Below are positions 47,515 to 57,670 of a DNA stretch of 64,000 nt, in pieces. Below the pieces are notes generated by a model, which was given only the letters and a program-made list of their open reading frames with translations, did not search any database and was not told the origin of the DNA. Position numbers and translations under genes: made by a program. The stretch's first letter is position 1; each line of letters starts with the position of its first letter. This DNA is from an uncultured Ignavibacteria bacterium (lineage in GTDB: Bacteria; Bacteroidota; Ignavibacteria; Ch128b): assembly GCA_937944105.1 (NCBI GenBank), contig CALDZP010000007.1, positions 69,423 through 133,422 of the forward strand, read 5' to 3'.

Positions 47515-49589
47515 TGAACGAAAATATACTCATCCAGCTTTCGATTTTAAACATAATTCTTCCATTATTTGGATTTGTTCTTTTAATATTTTTTGGAAAG
47601 AGATTACCAAAAAGTCATCTTTTCGAAATATCTACCATTTTTGTTGGTCTTGTCTCTTCCTCTATTGTTTCATTTTTTAAGCTAAATTATTTCGAAGATA
47701 AACTTATCGTTTTCGATTTCAGATGGATTGATTTTGGTAACGTTCCATTCTTTGGAAATTTAGGAATAAATATTGGAATACAGCTAGATAATGTTTCGGT
47801 GATAATGCAGCTCACAGTTTTTATTGTGAGTTTTGTAGTTCATCTTTTCTCTATTAAATACATGGAAGGAGATCCAAGATATTCTAGATATTTTGCTTAT
47901 CTTGGTTTATTTACCTTTTCGATGTTAGGTATTGTTTTAACTCACAACTTTTTAATGATGTATATTTTCTGGGAACTCGTTGGACTAAGTTCCTATTTAT
48001 TAATTGGGTTCTGGTTTGAGAAAAAGTCTGCATCAGATGCAGCAAAGAAAGCTTTTATTGTAAATAGAATTGGTGATGTTGGATTCTTTTTAGGAATCCT
48101 CATTTTATATGCAAATTATCATACTTTTACATTCAGCGAAATTTTTGGACAAATTGCCCAGGGTAATCTTCCTTTTAATAGTGGAGCCTGGTTAACTGCA
48201 GCGGGAATTTTAATTTTCTGCGGTGCAATTGGTAAATCAGCTCAATTCCCACTTCATGTTTGGTTACCAGATGCAATGGAAGGTCCTACACCTGTTAGTG
48301 CATTAATTCATGCTGCTACAATGGTCGCCGCTGGTGTATATTTGGTCGCACGAATCTTTGTAATGTTAACTGCTGATGCAATGCTTGTTATTGCATCCAT
48401 AGGAGCTATCACTGCTTTCATTTCGGCAACTATTGCAATAACTCAAACTGATATAAAAAGAGTTCTTGCATATTCGACAGTAAGTCAACTTGGTTATATG
48501 ATAATGTCACTAGGTGTCGGCTCATATTTCTTTGCTTTCCTGCATTTGATAACCCATGCTTTCTTCAAAGCTGGATTATTTCTTGGTTCAGGTTCTGTTA
48601 TTCATGCAATGCACCATGAACAAGATATTCGATTTATGGGTGGTCTTAGAAAAAAACTTCCAATTACATACTACACATTTTTAATTTATACTCTTGCAAT
48701 TGCTGGAATACCTTTTACTTCAGGATTTTTAAGCAAGGATGGAATTCTTGGAGGAACACTTGCATTTGCTAAATTAACTGGCTATTGGTTCTTTCCAGTT
48801 GTTGGATTTTTTGTCGCAATGTTGACTGCTTTCTATATGTTCAGACTTGTAATTTTAACCTTTCATGGTGAAGCTCGTGATATACACAAATTTGAACATG
48901 CACATGAGTCTCCTGCTACAATGCTAATTCCGTTAATTTCATTAGCAGTTTTATCAGTGTTTATTTTCTTCTCACCAAATCCTTTTAATATTGAAGCTGG
49001 TTGGTTTTATAAATGGATAGAAACACCAAAAACTATTGTCCCTCAGGAACTTGCTTTTTCATTTATGATTAATGAGTCAAATACATCTCACAACATTATA
49101 CATTCAGAATTGTATACCGAGACATTACATCATTCTCATTCAACTGCTATGATTCTTTCTTTGATAATGGCTGGATTGGGTATTTTATTTGCTTTTGTAA
49201 TTTACCAATGGCGTTTAATAAGTGCCGATAAACTTTCAATTAAGCTTCAACCTTTGTATAATTTTTCTTACAATAAATGGTACTTTGACGAGCTCTATTC
49301 AAAGACAGCTGTTGCATTTACTTTAGGTTTATCTAACTTCTTAGCATGGTTTGATCAAAAGGTAATTGATGGAATTGTAAATGGAACCGCAACCATCACT
49401 CGCTGGACTTCTTTTTCAAGTGGTAAATTTGATAATCGTGTTGTTGATGGATTGGTAAATTGGACTGCCTATGTAACAGGATTTTTTGGCATGGTTTTCA
49501 GAAAATTTCAAACAGGGAAAGTACAAACTTATTTAGTTATGGTTTTAACTGGAATAATAATTTTATTTTTCATTTTTAAGTCTTTATAA
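47514..49589 (+). CDS. nuoL: NADH-quinone oxidoreductase subunit L
   Basis: 691 aa antiporter-like subunit (WLPDAMEGPTPVSALIHAATMV) with a long C-terminal lateral-helix region. Confidence 0.92.
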   Translation: MNENILIQLSILNIILPLFGFVLLIFFGKRLPKSHLFEISTIFVGLVSSSIVSFFKLNYFEDKLIVFDFRWIDFGNVPFFGNLGINIGIQLDNVSVIMQLTVFIVSFVVHLFSIKYMEGDPRYSRYFAYLGLFTFSMLGIVLTHNFLMMYIFWELVGLSSYLLIGFWFEKKSASDAAKKAFIVNRIGDVGFFLGILILYANYHTFTFSEIFGQIAQGNLPFNSGAWLTAAGILIFCGAIGKSAQFPLHVWLPDAMEGPTPVSALIHAATMVAAGVYLVARIFVMLTADAMLVIASIGAITAFISATIAITQTDIKRVLAYSTVSQLGYMIMSLGVGSYFFAFLHLITHAFFKAGLFLGSGSVIHAMHHEQDIRFMGGLRKKLPITYYTFLIYTLAIAGIPFTSGFLSKDGILGGTLAFAKLTGYWFFPVVGFFVAMLTAFYMFRLVILTFHGEARDIHKFEHAHESPATMLIPLISLAVLSVFIFFSPNPFNIEAGWFYKWIETPKTIVPQELAFSFMINESNTSHNIIHSELYTETLHHSHSTAMILSLIMAGLGILFAFVIYQWRLISADKLSIKLQPLYNFSYNKWYFDELYSKTAVAFTLGLSNFLAWFDQKVIDGIVNGTATITRWTSFSSGKFDNRVVDGLVNWTAYVTGFFGMVFRKFQTGKVQTYLVMVLTGIIILFFIFKSL

Positions 49590-49608
49590 GAAATTCGGAG
49601 GCTGATAG

Positions 49609-51225
49609 TTGATGTCAGGAATACCATATTTAACACTAGTTACATTTCTCCCAATTCTTGGGATGATAATAGTTCTTCTAATTAAATCTGAAAAAATACA
49701 ATTAATTCGAATCACCGCAGCTATTGTTACATTTTTACAAATTGTTATTGCTGCATTAATGTGGTCGAAATTTAATTTTTCGGCAGCTGGAATTAACGAT
49801 CAATCTTCATTTCAATTCGTTGAGAAAGTAAGATGGATTGAGATAAAAAATCTTGCTGATTGGATTGGAACAGTTAAGATTGATTATTTCCTTGGAGTTG
49901 ATGGATTATCAATGCCTATGGTTTTACTTACAGCATTAATTAGTTTTCTTGGTGTTTTAGCTTCATGGAATATTTCAAAAGGTATTAAAGGATATTTTGC
50001 TTTATATCTTTTACTTGACACTGGAATGATGGGGTCATTTGTTGCATTGGATTTCTTCTTATTCTATGTTTTCTGGGAATTAATGTTACTTCCAATGTAT
50101 TTCTTAATTGGAATTTGGGGTGGTCCGCGTAAAGAATATGCTGCAATAAAGTTCTTTATATATACTCTTTTTGGTTCTGTGTTTATGTTACTGGTAATGC
50201 TTGGTTTATATTTTAGTACTTATGAAATTTTACCAGATGGTTCAAAAGTTTATACATTTAACATGTTACAAATGATGAATCCAGTGAATTACTCTAAAGA
50301 AGGACTTCTATCCCCATTTAATCCAAATAACCTGAGATTTATTGCTTACATCTTTTTATTTATTGGATTTGCTATTAAAGTACCAATGTTCCCCTTCCAC
50401 ACTTGGTTACCAGATGCACATGTTGAAGCTCCTACTCCAATTAGTGTCATTCTTGCTGGTATTCTTTTGAAATTAGGAACGTACGGAATGATGAGAATTA
50501 GTTTTCCGATCTTCCCTGAAATCACAAACCAACTCGCTTATTGGATAGCTGTTTTTGGTATGATTAATATAGTCTATGGTGCATTGTGTGCAATGGCTCA
50601 AAAAGATTTTAAGAGTTTAATTGCTTATTCCAGTATAAGCCATATGGGTTATGTTTTACTTGGAATGGCATCTCTCACAACTCAAGGGATGATGGGCGCT
50701 TTGTTCCAGATGTTTAATCACGGAACTATCACCGCTATGCTATTTATGATTGTTGGAGTGATTTATGATCGAGCACACACAAGAGGTGTAAATGATTTCG
50801 GAGGGTTAGCTCTACAAATGCCTGTTTATACTGGAATCACCACTGTCGCTTTCTTTGCTTCACTTGGTTTGCCTGGTTTAAGTGGATTTATTTCTGAAGC
50901 ATTTGTCTTCCTTGGTGCATTTAGCAATGAAACTATTCGAATTCTTGCTATAATTTCTACACTCGGTATTTTATTAACTGCAGCATATATGCTCTGGACA
51001 ATGCAAAGAATTTATTTTGGAAAATTAAATCCACGATGGGAAAATTTGCCTGATGTAAATAAACTCGAACTTGCTGCTTTGAGTCCACTTGCTGTTGTTG
51101 TTATTTTATTTGGAATTTATCCTTCACCAATGTTAAACCTTATGAATACTTCGGTCAATAAATTGGTCGAAATTGTTGTAAATGGTCAGGTTACATTTTC
51201 AAATTTAAGTGCATTAATTAAGTGA
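49609..51225 (+). CDS. nuoM: NADH-quinone oxidoreductase subunit M
   Basis: Antiporter-like subunit with TWLPDAHVEAPTPISVILAG. Length 538 aa. Confidence 0.92.
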   Translation: MMSGIPYLTLVTFLPILGMIIVLLIKSEKIQLIRITAAIVTFLQIVIAALMWSKFNFSAAGINDQSSFQFVEKVRWIEIKNLADWIGTVKIDYFLGVDGLSMPMVLLTALISFLGVLASWNISKGIKGYFALYLLLDTGMMGSFVALDFFLFYVFWELMLLPMYFLIGIWGGPRKEYAAIKFFIYTLFGSVFMLLVMLGLYFSTYEILPDGSKVYTFNMLQMMNPVNYSKEGLLSPFNPNNLRFIAYIFLFIGFAIKVPMFPFHTWLPDAHVEAPTPISVILAGILLKLGTYGMMRISFPIFPEITNQLAYWIAVFGMINIVYGALCAMAQKDFKSLIAYSSISHMGYVLLGMASLTTQGMMGALFQMFNHGTITAMLFMIVGVIYDRAHTRGVNDFGGLALQMPVYTGITTVAFFASLGLPGLSGFISEAFVFLGAFSNETIRILAIISTLGILLTAAYMLWTMQRIYFGKLNPRWENLPDVNKLELAALSPLAVVVILFGIYPSPMLNLMNTSVNKLVEIVVNGQVTFSNLSALIK

Positions 51226-51232
51226 TAGAACT

Positions 51233-52753
51233 ATGGAAAACAATTCTATTCAAAATATCTTAGAATCATTAAATTATTTCACTCCAGAGTTAGCTTTAAT
51301 GCTGACATTTTTTGTACTACTACTGGTTGATCTGTTTTTTAGAAAATCGAAATATTTATTACCAGCCATCAGCCTTGTTGGGTTTATTGTTTCAGGTTAC
51401 CTACTAGTTTATACTCCAGACGTGAAAGGGTTTTTGTTTTCAACTGGTATGACTAACATTGGTTTATATGTTATTGATCCTTTCTCCTTTTTCTTCAAAA
51501 TTTTGATACTTCTCGCCATGATTTATACAATTTTATTTTCTCTCTCTTCTAAAGAGATTAATGAAGCCGGGGGAAATCGTGGTGAGTACTATGTTCTACT
51601 TTCCTCATTTGCCTTAGGTATGTTTTTATTGACCTCAACCATTGATTTATTACTTATGTATCTAAGTTTCGAGTTGGTTAGTTTATCTTCTTATATACTT
51701 GCTGGTTTCACTAGAAATGTAAAAAGATCCGCTGAGGCTTCATTGAAATACATTATCTTTGGTGCTGTTGCTTCTGGTGCTATGCTTTACGGCATTTCAA
51801 TACTCTATGGCTTAACTGGAACAACTAATTTATACTTGATTAATTTTTATTTAAGTAATCAAAACATAGAGTCTCTTCCTTTGGTTATCGCTGGACTTTT
51901 AATTATTGGTGGAATTGGATTTAAAATCTCAATGGCACCATTTCATTTCTGGACGCCAGATGTTTACGAAGGAGCTCCAATTACAATTACAGCTGTGTTA
52001 TCAGTCGCAAGTAAAGCTGCTGGCTTTGCTTTATTAATTCGTTCACTTAAAATAATGTTCATTGATTATACAGCAACTAACCTACAATCCTCAGCATGGG
52101 CAATTTTATCACAATTTAAATGGAATGAACTTATTGCTGGGCTTGCTGTTTTAACCATGACATTAGGAAATCTTGCCGCTCTCTGGCAATCAAATCTTAA
52201 GAGGATGCTAGCCTATTCAAGTATCGCTCATGCTGGATATATGTTAACAGGTTTTGTGATTTTAGATAATCAAGGAATTATGGCAATTTTAATTTATTTC
52301 TTTATCTACTTATTTATGAATTTAGGTGCGTTTTTCGTCGTGATGCTGATTGCTGATAAATTAGGTTCTGAAGAAATGGAAGATTATACTGGTTTGGGTT
52401 ATAAAGCCCCATTTCTGGGAGTGTCATTGACTATATTTTTAATTTCATTAACTGGAATTCCCCCAACGGCTGGGTTTGTTGCTAAATTATATTTATTTGG
52501 AGCACTGATTAAAGCTAAATGGATATGGCTAGCAGTAATTGGTGTCTTGAATAGCGTAATTTCTCTTTATTACTATTTGAAAGTTGTTAAGAACATGTTC
52601 CTTCGAGAATCTGAAATAGAATACTCACATAATCTTGGTCATGGAAATCTATTAATTACTCTTAGTTTATTAATTCCAACATTATTATTTGGAATTTACT
52701 TTAAACCAATTATTGAATTTGCAGAACAATCAGTTAGAATATTTGGATTTTAA
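51233..52753 (+). CDS. nuoN: NADH-quinone oxidoreductase subunit N
   Basis: Antiporter-like subunit (FHFWTPDVYEGAPITITA). Last gene of the operon. Confidence 0.9.
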   Translation: MENNSIQNILESLNYFTPELALMLTFFVLLLVDLFFRKSKYLLPAISLVGFIVSGYLLVYTPDVKGFLFSTGMTNIGLYVIDPFSFFFKILILLAMIYTILFSLSSKEINEAGGNRGEYYVLLSSFALGMFLLTSTIDLLLMYLSFELVSLSSYILAGFTRNVKRSAEASLKYIIFGAVASGAMLYGISILYGLTGTTNLYLINFYLSNQNIESLPLVIAGLLIIGGIGFKISMAPFHFWTPDVYEGAPITITAVLSVASKAAGFALLIRSLKIMFIDYTATNLQSSAWAILSQFKWNELIAGLAVLTMTLGNLAALWQSNLKRMLAYSSIAHAGYMLTGFVILDNQGIMAILIYFFIYLFMNLGAFFVVMLIADKLGSEEMEDYTGLGYKAPFLGVSLTIFLISLTGIPPTAGFVAKLYLFGALIKAKWIWLAVIGVLNSVISLYYYLKVVKNMFLRESEIEYSHNLGHGNLLITLSLLIPTLLFGIYFKPIIEFAEQSVRIFGF

Positions 52754-52754
52754 A

Positions 52755-52790
52755 GAAGGGAGCGTTAGTTGAAGCTCTCTTTTTTTCTTA
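52755..52790. terminator. putative bidirectional Rho-independent terminator between nuoN and the convergent minus-strand gene
   Basis: Stem GAAGGGAGC / GCTCTCTTT (with G·U pairs) around loop gttagttgaa, followed by a T7 run. Confidence 0.5.
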
Positions 52791-53496
52791 TTCCTCCGCC
52801 ACCTATTGTAAACTTTAAATAAAAACCTGAAATGCTAACCTCCGGTCCGTTTGAAATTTCATTTTCAAATAAAGTCCAATTTCCTAATTGTAAGAAATGA
52901 GTATAACCAAAATTCACACCTATTGTAAATCCCCTTGAATTCCTTTCGTTATCGAATAAATCTATATTATATATCGCATTCATTCCTATATTTAAAATCA
53001 ATCCACCAACACTCAAATTAGAACCCCTTTTCGGATTAGATAAAACATCATCAAAATTAACTAATTTTTTTTCATTTATAGTGATATCAATGCCACCACC
53101 ACCAAAACCAATCAATGGAAAAATAGTTAGTCCATTTTCTGAATATAACACATATCCCAAATCAAATAGACCGTAACCACCGAATAAACTAATATTGTAA
53201 TCTTGATTACTTTTTTCAGAACCAATTAAACCAAACCCTTCACCACCTAATACAAAATTATTCATAATTCCAAAACCACCACCACCCATAGCTACAAATT
53301 TTTTGTCTAACTCAGGGAAATTATGAATTTTAAGTTGTGCATTCAAATTTTTAATATCAATATTTTGATAGCCAGTTGATAAATAACCAAATCCTCCAAA
53401 ATATTTTGTTTGACTAATGCTTTCATTTTCAATTAGAACCGCAAAAATTAAAATGAACAAATTAAAGTATTTAATAGAAAGGATATGAACTTTCAT
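52765..53496 (-). CDS. glycine-rich hypothetical secreted / outer-membrane-like protein
   Basis: Start probably at MKVHILSIKYFNLFILIFAVLIENESISQ (signal peptide). The rest is rich in GGGGF/GxG repeats with alternating beta-strand-like pattern. Confidence 0.55.
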   Translation of the reverse strand: MKVHILSIKYFNLFILIFAVLIENESISQTKYFGGFGYLSTGYQNIDIKNLNAQLKIHNFPELDKKFVAMGGGGFGIMNNFVLGGEGFGLIGSEKSNQDYNISLFGGYGLFDLGYVLYSENGLTIFPLIGFGGGGIDITINEKKLVNFDDVLSNPKRGSNLSVGGLILNIGMNAIYNIDLFDNERNSRGFTIGVNFGYTHFLQLGNWTLFENEISNGPEVSISGFYLKFTIGGGGIRKKESFN

Positions 53497-54435
53497 TTTA
53501 AGCACCTTTTTCTCTAAAAATAAAATTAAATAGCTTATATTGAAAAAGTATATACTCAGCAACGTATTAAATTTCAATTGAAAAATTTCATATGATATTT
53601 AATAAAAAATTATTCCGCACTAAATATCTTTTCTAACTACGTGTAAATAATATTTATCTTAAATTAAGTGTTTATTAAAAATTTTATTTTAATTTCCAAC
53701 TAATTTTTCCAATTTCATTGATAATCAATGATAATGCAAAAAGATTAATTCAATTTTTTAAAGTGGAAATTATGGGTCTTAAATATTTTCAACGGTGCGT
53801 TGAAAATTATTTCTGTTGGGAGATTTAACCGGGGTTTAATCGCAATAAATAATTCTCAATTAGATGTAAAATTTGAACTAAAACATCTGTCCATTTTTAA
53901 TATGCCTTTATTCTTAGAATCAATCATTATTAACTCCCCAAGTCAAGAAAGTAATTTTTCATCTTAATATTTTAGAACCGCAGTTTATTAAATTTCAAAA
54001 GAAACTGAACCACTCGGATATGATAAAAATTTTAAAGCTAAACCATTTTCTGATTTTAGAAACATAAATTACTCTGATTCACTGGGAATCTTTCGAAAAC
54101 TTTATCTAAAAAACAAATTAAAATTAGTAGATGGTAGTAATAATTTTCAAACTGAATGGAGAAGGATAGCTCAGATCCAATTTCAAAAGACACTCTTAAT
54201 TATCAATTATTTTTAGTTCTCATTATTCATGTAAAATATTCAATTTAGTTTTTCTTAATTTTTTGCTCAATGTAATGAAAAAAATTAATTAATAATGGAA
54301 CTTTATTTTCTCTTTAGTTTGTTTTTTGTTTGAATTTTAGTTCATTGTAATGATGTTTATAATTTTCTTAGTGCATTTAACTTTCTTATTTTTGTAGAAC
54401 TTACAGGCAAAAAAAATAAATTATTAGGGAGTAAT

Positions 54436-54747
54436 ATGCATAAAGAATTAAAAAATCTTTTAAATTCATTAATTAATGAAGAAAGAACAGTATTAAATTA
54501 TTTAAAGTCAAAATATCCTATGTTTCATAGATCTAATGTCTTTTTTAGAGATATTCAATTTGGCTTAAAGCATTATCTTGAAAATAGGGAAATTAAATTG
54601 ACATATACAGAAAGTGAAATTTTAGCAAATGAGTTTATTAAATACTTAGAATCAAAAGGAATTTTAAAGAAAATTAGTAATCAAATTTATCTTCTTAATT
54701 ATCCCGAATTTGTCCCTCAAAAAAAACAATTAATATCTAAGGAGTAA
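54436..54747 (+). CDS. hypothetical protein (103 aa)
   Basis: Open frame immediately upstream of, and 2 bp from, the ErpA-like gene. No motif recognised. Confidence 0.5.
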   Translation: MHKELKNLLNSLINEERTVLNYLKSKYPMFHRSNVFFRDIQFGLKHYLENREIKLTYTESEILANEFIKYLESKGILKKISNQIYLLNYPEFVPQKKQLISKE

Positions 54748-54749
54748 CA

Positions 54750-55106
54750 ATGCCAGAAATTACAACTGAACTCAGTGAAATAACAATAACTGAAAAGGCT
54801 TTAAATGAAGCAAGAAAAATATTAGAAGAAAATAAGCTCGATCCAAACGAATACTTTTTAAGAATAGGTGTTAAAGGTGGGGGTTGTTCTGGATTTGTAT
54901 ATTCTCTCGCATTTGATAACAAATTAAGAGATAACGATCGAGTCATCTATTCTCAAAATTTAAGAGTTGTTGTAGATACTAAATCCTTATTTTACCTTAA
55001 TGGAACTGTTCTTGATTATTCTGATGGACTTATGGGGCGAGGATTTGTTTTTAATAATCCTAACGCAACAAGAACTTGTGGTTGTGGCTCATCTTTTTCT
55101 GTGTGA
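54750..55106 (+). CDS. A-type iron-sulfur cluster carrier (IscA/ErpA/HesB family)
   Basis: The three conserved Cys in GGGCSGF ... CGCGSSFSV. Confidence 0.85.
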   Translation: MPEITTELSEITITEKALNEARKILEENKLDPNEYFLRIGVKGGGCSGFVYSLAFDNKLRDNDRVIYSQNLRVVVDTKSLFYLNGTVLDYSDGLMGRGFVFNNPNATRTCGCGSSFSV

Positions 55107-55109
55107 ATT

Positions 55110-55841
55110 ATGAAAAGAAGAAAATTTATTGGAACATTTTCACTCTTAACATCTGGATTTTTTCTTAGTCCATTAAAAAACATTGAATTTACTAAGTTCG
55201 AAATAAATGAAAGGAGTCAATTAAACATGGCTAAATATGAATTACCTCCATTGCCCTACTCTTATGATGCTTTAGAACCTTACATAGATGCAATGACTAT
55301 GGAAATACACTGGAGCAAACATCACGGTGCTTATGTAAATAATTTAAATAATGCTATTGCGAATACGGATATGGAAAAACTATCTTTAGAAGAATTACTA
55401 TCCGATGCATCAAAATATCCTATAGCAGTTAGAAATAATGGCGGTGGTCACTATAATCACACGTTGTTCTGGCAGATTATGACAAAAAACGGTGGTGGCG
55501 AACCAAAAGCTGAACTTAAATCAGCTATTGAAAAGACTTTCGGCTCATTTGATAATTTCAAATCAAAGTTAACAGAAGCAGCATTAACAAGATTTGGTTC
55601 TGGTTGGGCATGGTTAGTATATAACAAAGGAAATTTATTGATTGGATCAACGCCAAATCAGGATAATCCTTTGATGGATGTCTCAGATCTTAAGGGTTAT
55701 CCTATTTTAGGTATTGACGTTTGGGAACATGCTTATTATCTTAAATATCAGAATCGAAGAAATGAATACGTTGCTAACTGGTTTAATGTTATAAATTGGG
55801 ATGCAGTAACAGAAAGATATCTTGAGGCACTTAAACTATAA
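55110..55841 (+). CDS. superoxide dismutase [Fe/Mn] with N-terminal Tat-type signal peptide
   Basis: The SOD core ([17 protein letters not shown]...HWSKHH...DVWEHAYY) is preceded by a 39-aa leader with twin-arginine KRRKFIG. Confidence 0.88.
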   Translation: MKRRKFIGTFSLLTSGFFLSPLKNIEFTKFEINERSQLNMAKYELPPLPYSYDALEPYIDAMTMEIHWSKHHGAYVNNLNNAIANTDMEKLSLEELLSDASKYPIAVRNNGGGHYNHTLFWQIMTKNGGGEPKAELKSAIEKTFGSFDNFKSKLTEAALTRFGSGWAWLVYNKGNLLIGSTPNQDNPLMDVSDLKGYPILGIDVWEHAYYLKYQNRRNEYVANWFNVINWDAVTERYLEALKL

Positions 55842-55865
55842 AATTTGCATTTTGACCTCCCTATA

Positions 55866-55918
55866 AGGCTTGTCATATCATCCCTAATTAAATAACGGTA
55901 TGGCAAGCCTCTTTTTTT
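55866..55918 (+). terminator. Rho-independent terminator after the SOD gene
   Basis: 12-bp stem AGGCTTGTCATA / TATGGCAAGCCT (one G·U) followed by CTTTTTTT. Confidence 0.7.
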
Positions 55919-55986
55919 ATCAATAATTTAATTCTAAATAAATATTCCACTCCAATTTTTTATTTTTGAAAAATATTTGAGGAAAT

Positions 55987-57453
55987 ATGGAAGAAGTCAG
56001 AACAAGATTTGCTCCCTCTCCAACTGGATATTTACATGTTGGTGGTTTAAGAACTGCACTGTATAATTTTTTGTTTGCAAAAAAGAACAATGGAAAATTT
56101 ATATTAAGAATTGAAGATACTGATAAATCGAGATATGTGGAAGGTGCAGTTGAAAATCTTATTCAAACCTTGAAGTGGTGCGAATTATTTTATGATGAAG
56201 GACCAGATATAGGTGGACCTTTTGGTCCATATATTCAATCTCAACGGCTGGAAATATATAAGCAACATGCAGAAGAACTTATAAAAAAAGGTCATGCATA
56301 TTATTGTTTTTGCTCACCCGAAAGATTGGCTGCATTAAGAGAAGAACAATCAAGATTAAAAGTTCCACAAATCAAATACGATAAACATTGCTTAAAACTT
56401 AATCCTCAAGAAGTCAAAAATAAAATTGAAAACGGCGAACTTTATGTAATTCGTCTTAATGTTCCACCAAATCAAACCGTAAAATTTCATGATCTAATTA
56501 GAGGCGAAGTTGAATTTGATACGAATATTATTGATGACCAGATACTTATTAAAAGTGATGGTTATCCTACTTATCACCTTGCAAATGTTGTTGACGATCA
56601 TTTAATGAAAATATCTCATGTTATTCGAGGAGAGGAATGGTTATCATCAACTCCAAAACATGTTCTGCTGTATGAATATTTTGGATGGGAAAAACCACAA
56701 TTTGCTCACCTTCCCCTTTTACTTAATCCGGATAGGTCAAAATTAAGCAAACGTCAGGGCGATGTTGCAGTTGAAGAATATCGAGCTAAAGGATACCTAA
56801 AAGAAGCTTTGATAAATTTTGTGGCTCTTCTTGGCTGGAATGCTGGAGATAATAGAGAATTTTATTATTTGAATGAATTAATAGAAAAATTTTCACTGGA
56901 AGGTGTAAATAAATCAGGAGCAGTTTTTGATTTGAATAAATTGCTCTGGTTAAATGGTGAACATATCAGGAAGAAAACTGTTGATGAATTACTGCCTTTA
57001 TTAAAAGATGAGTTAAAAAAATCCAAATATGCTTCAAATAATTTTTCAGATGATTACTTAAAACTTGTGATATCAGCAATGCAAGAAAGGATTGATTTTG
57101 TTCATGAAATAATTACAAAAAGTTATTATTTCTTTGAAAGACCAAATAGTTATGAAGAAAAAGCAATCCAAAAGAACTGGAAACCAGAAACACCAAAATT
57201 CCTTAAAGTATTAATTGAAGAAATTGATTTATTAAATAATCCAACAAAAGAAGACTTTGAAAATGCTTTAAATTCTGTTGCTGAAAAATTACAGATTAAT
57301 AAAGGTAAATTAATTCATCCATTAAGACTTGCATTATCTGGAACAAGTGCAGGACCTGGTATTTATGATTTACTTCATATACTTGGCAAAGATGAAGTGA
57401 AAAGCAGAATTCAAATAGCGATTCAAAGAATTTCAGAAGGTAAAATTCAGTGA
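55987..57453 (+). CDS. gltX: glutamate--tRNA ligase
   Basis: Class I motifs: HIGH-region PSPTGYLHVGG and KMSKS-region KLSKRQG. Confidence 0.92.
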   Translation: MEEVRTRFAPSPTGYLHVGGLRTALYNFLFAKKNNGKFILRIEDTDKSRYVEGAVENLIQTLKWCELFYDEGPDIGGPFGPYIQSQRLEIYKQHAEELIKKGHAYYCFCSPERLAALREEQSRLKVPQIKYDKHCLKLNPQEVKNKIENGELYVIRLNVPPNQTVKFHDLIRGEVEFDTNIIDDQILIKSDGYPTYHLANVVDDHLMKISHVIRGEEWLSSTPKHVLLYEYFGWEKPQFAHLPLLLNPDRSKLSKRQGDVAVEEYRAKGYLKEALINFVALLGWNAGDNREFYYLNELIEKFSLEGVNKSGAVFDLNKLLWLNGEHIRKKTVDELLPLLKDELKKSKYASNNFSDDYLKLVISAMQERIDFVHEIITKSYYFFERPNSYEEKAIQKNWKPETPKFLKVLIEEIDLLNNPTKEDFENALNSVAEKLQINKGKLIHPLRLALSGTSAGPGIYDLLHILGKDEVKSRIQIAIQRISEGKIQ

Positions 57454-57670
57454 GTCCTTCATTGCAATAAATAAAATTTTACCGTTATTGATTCTGAAAG
57501 ATGTCAATTAGAATCTCTGAACTTCATATTTTTTTTACCTACAAATATTAAGGTTTGGTTCTAATACAAATTTAGATTGAAAACTTTCTGGACCTTTTTT
57601 CCAATAAATTTTTTAAATCAAAATGTAAAAATTATTGATTTCAGTAAAAATTAGAATTAGGATAGTTTTA

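Noticed and set aside
42492-52753. nuo cluster as an energy-converting [NiFe] hydrogenase (Ech/Hyc-like) served by the neighbouring hyp genes
   Set aside because: NuoD has the quinone-site N-terminus ([13 protein letters not shown]) and ends DIVLGEIDR, with no N- or C-terminal CxxC Ni-Fe ligand pairs. Three antiporter-like subunits (L, M, N) are present, as in true complex I.
54158-54178. tRNA-like start (GGAGAAGGATAGCTCAGATCC) in the 860-bp gap
   Set aside because: Only a D-arm-like TAGCTCAG is present. No anticodon stem, T-arm (GTTCRANYC) or acceptor 3' strand follows. It is not a tRNA or a convincing att remnant.
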